Shown here in pieces: positions 62,511 through 64,000 of a stretch of 64,000 nucleotides of DNA (the stretch's first letter is position 1; each line of letters begins with the position of its first letter). This stretch comes from Takakia lepidozioides. Lineage: Eukaryota > Plantae > Bryophyta. Location of the stretch: positions 59,272,001 through 59,336,000 of the forward strand of contig CM060731.1 of the NCBI GenBank assembly GCA_030704615.1, written 5' to 3'. A program made the position numbers and the translations under genes. The notes beneath the pieces were generated by a model. It was given only the letters and a program-made list of their open reading frames with translations. It had not been told where the DNA came from and did not search any database.

Positions 62511-64000
62511 GGCCTTGGAGCAATAGTTGCTTTTGGGCTGCTTGCAGAGGGCCCCTATCTATTTCTTGTTTCATTGTCTCTTGTCCCATAAGCTCTATGA
62601 GCTTTCTGTGGACGTTATAAAGGTATTGCTTCATTTCATTTCCTTCTCCACGAGTATTCACCTCTTGTAGAGTCTATGTCACATCTTTGGCAAACTGGGA
62701 GCTACAACCTCAGTGCTGAAATCAATATTATGTGTTCTGACATGATTTTTCTACCACTCAAGACATCCAATACTCGATTTCCTTTGACCGGATTATACGT
62801 CTCTGTGCGCTAGCCTGCGGGACTCAGATGTTCCGCTCATTGATGACATTGCTCACGTATTGGTTTACACTGTGACTAGCAGGGGCTGGGAAACACAGGG
62901 ACAAAACCACTCCATTGAATGCATGGTTGCATATGGGATATAATTGACTGTTATAGCCCCTGATTGTCAGTCAAATCAGAGTCTCGGATGAACACAACCC
63001 TATGGTAGTTGTTGCTAGCAAGAAATGACACTCTCATTTACTGGGCGTATACCTGTTCAAGAAGCCAAAACACTATGCCATGGAAATCAATAATTCGCAG
63101 GTAACGGTCCATCCAGCCAGCATCTGCAGGCGCAATTAGATCACACACAGGGGCACTCCACGTGCTGTTGTGACCCAGAAGCTGGATAGTGTCTGCAAGG
63201 CTCGCATTTGCATCTATTTCAATATCTGCACAATCCCACAACATTAGGTTAGTAATCAGACCTGGATGGTTCGTAATTGTAACATATTTAGGTCTACATT
63301 TTGTTGATCATTTCAGTTGTATCCACTTATTTCGACACCTCGGGTACATCCTACAAATGCAAAGGACATATGAGATAGATGTAGATTGAGATAGACATAA
63401 CTAAATGAAATTAGAAATGAAGCAATTTGACATTACTACAAACTGCATGCTAGGGGACCAGGATGCAGGAGAACTTATACCTTTCCACTCGAAAAAGCTT
63501 TTAGACACGTCCACAACTACTCATATCACATACTCATCAAAGACAATGAACCCAGAGAAAACATGACATTTTCTTTTTTAACTCAATTGTCATTGAGCAC
63601 GGTTTCGACTACAAACTAAGCCACATGCACACAATTCGGATTAAGGGTGACCACGTTAGCTGACCATGGTCAGATTCCCATTACTGTCAATCAAGGTCCT
63701 GGCGAAGGCACTCAAATAGATTAAGAATGAAACAGCTCTAGCATTTGGACATCAGAACATACAGAATTGGAAAGGCCACGCGGGAGATTGCCCACCTTTG
63801 CCACGAGGGAGATCGGGGAAAAGACCACATTTTGACTTGATCAAGGGCAGACTTGAGATGTTGGCCAGCAGGCAGTGATCCTGCTCTGCTCTGCTCCACA
63901 GATCCTCCATCTTTTGAGGCGATTGCCATGACTGTACTTGTGACATTTGGTGGAGTAGCTAGAAACTGATTGAAAATGACAAATCATTACCAAATGTTTC

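Overview
Nuclear genomic DNA of a land plant, probably a non-seed plant such as a bryophyte (inferred from PLS-DYW PPR, plant snRNA promoter and plastid tRNA content). Left: a multi-exon ATRX/CHR20 gene on the minus strand that runs off the window. Its 5' end appears to be built from intact SGT1-type exons 1-4 (TPR plus linker) that can splice in frame into ATRX. A decayed SGT1 copy (linker-CS-SGS) lies about 16 kb upstream. Middle (17-52 kb): a transposon graveyard containing a hAT MITE, a CACTA element, a hAT transposase remnant, an RLE-type LINE embedded in palindromic dyad arrays, two copies of a CACGTG-ended TIR element, an endonuclease-carrying Helitron, Copia and L1 remnants, tRNA-derived repeats, and a piggyBac-type TTAA element upstream of the clock gene. 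Right: an intronless CCA1/LHY-clade MYB gene, a Pol III U3 snoRNA gene with USE+TATA, a plastid trnW/trnP insertion and a PPR-DYW pseudogene. All calls were made by eye from sequence; no searches were run.
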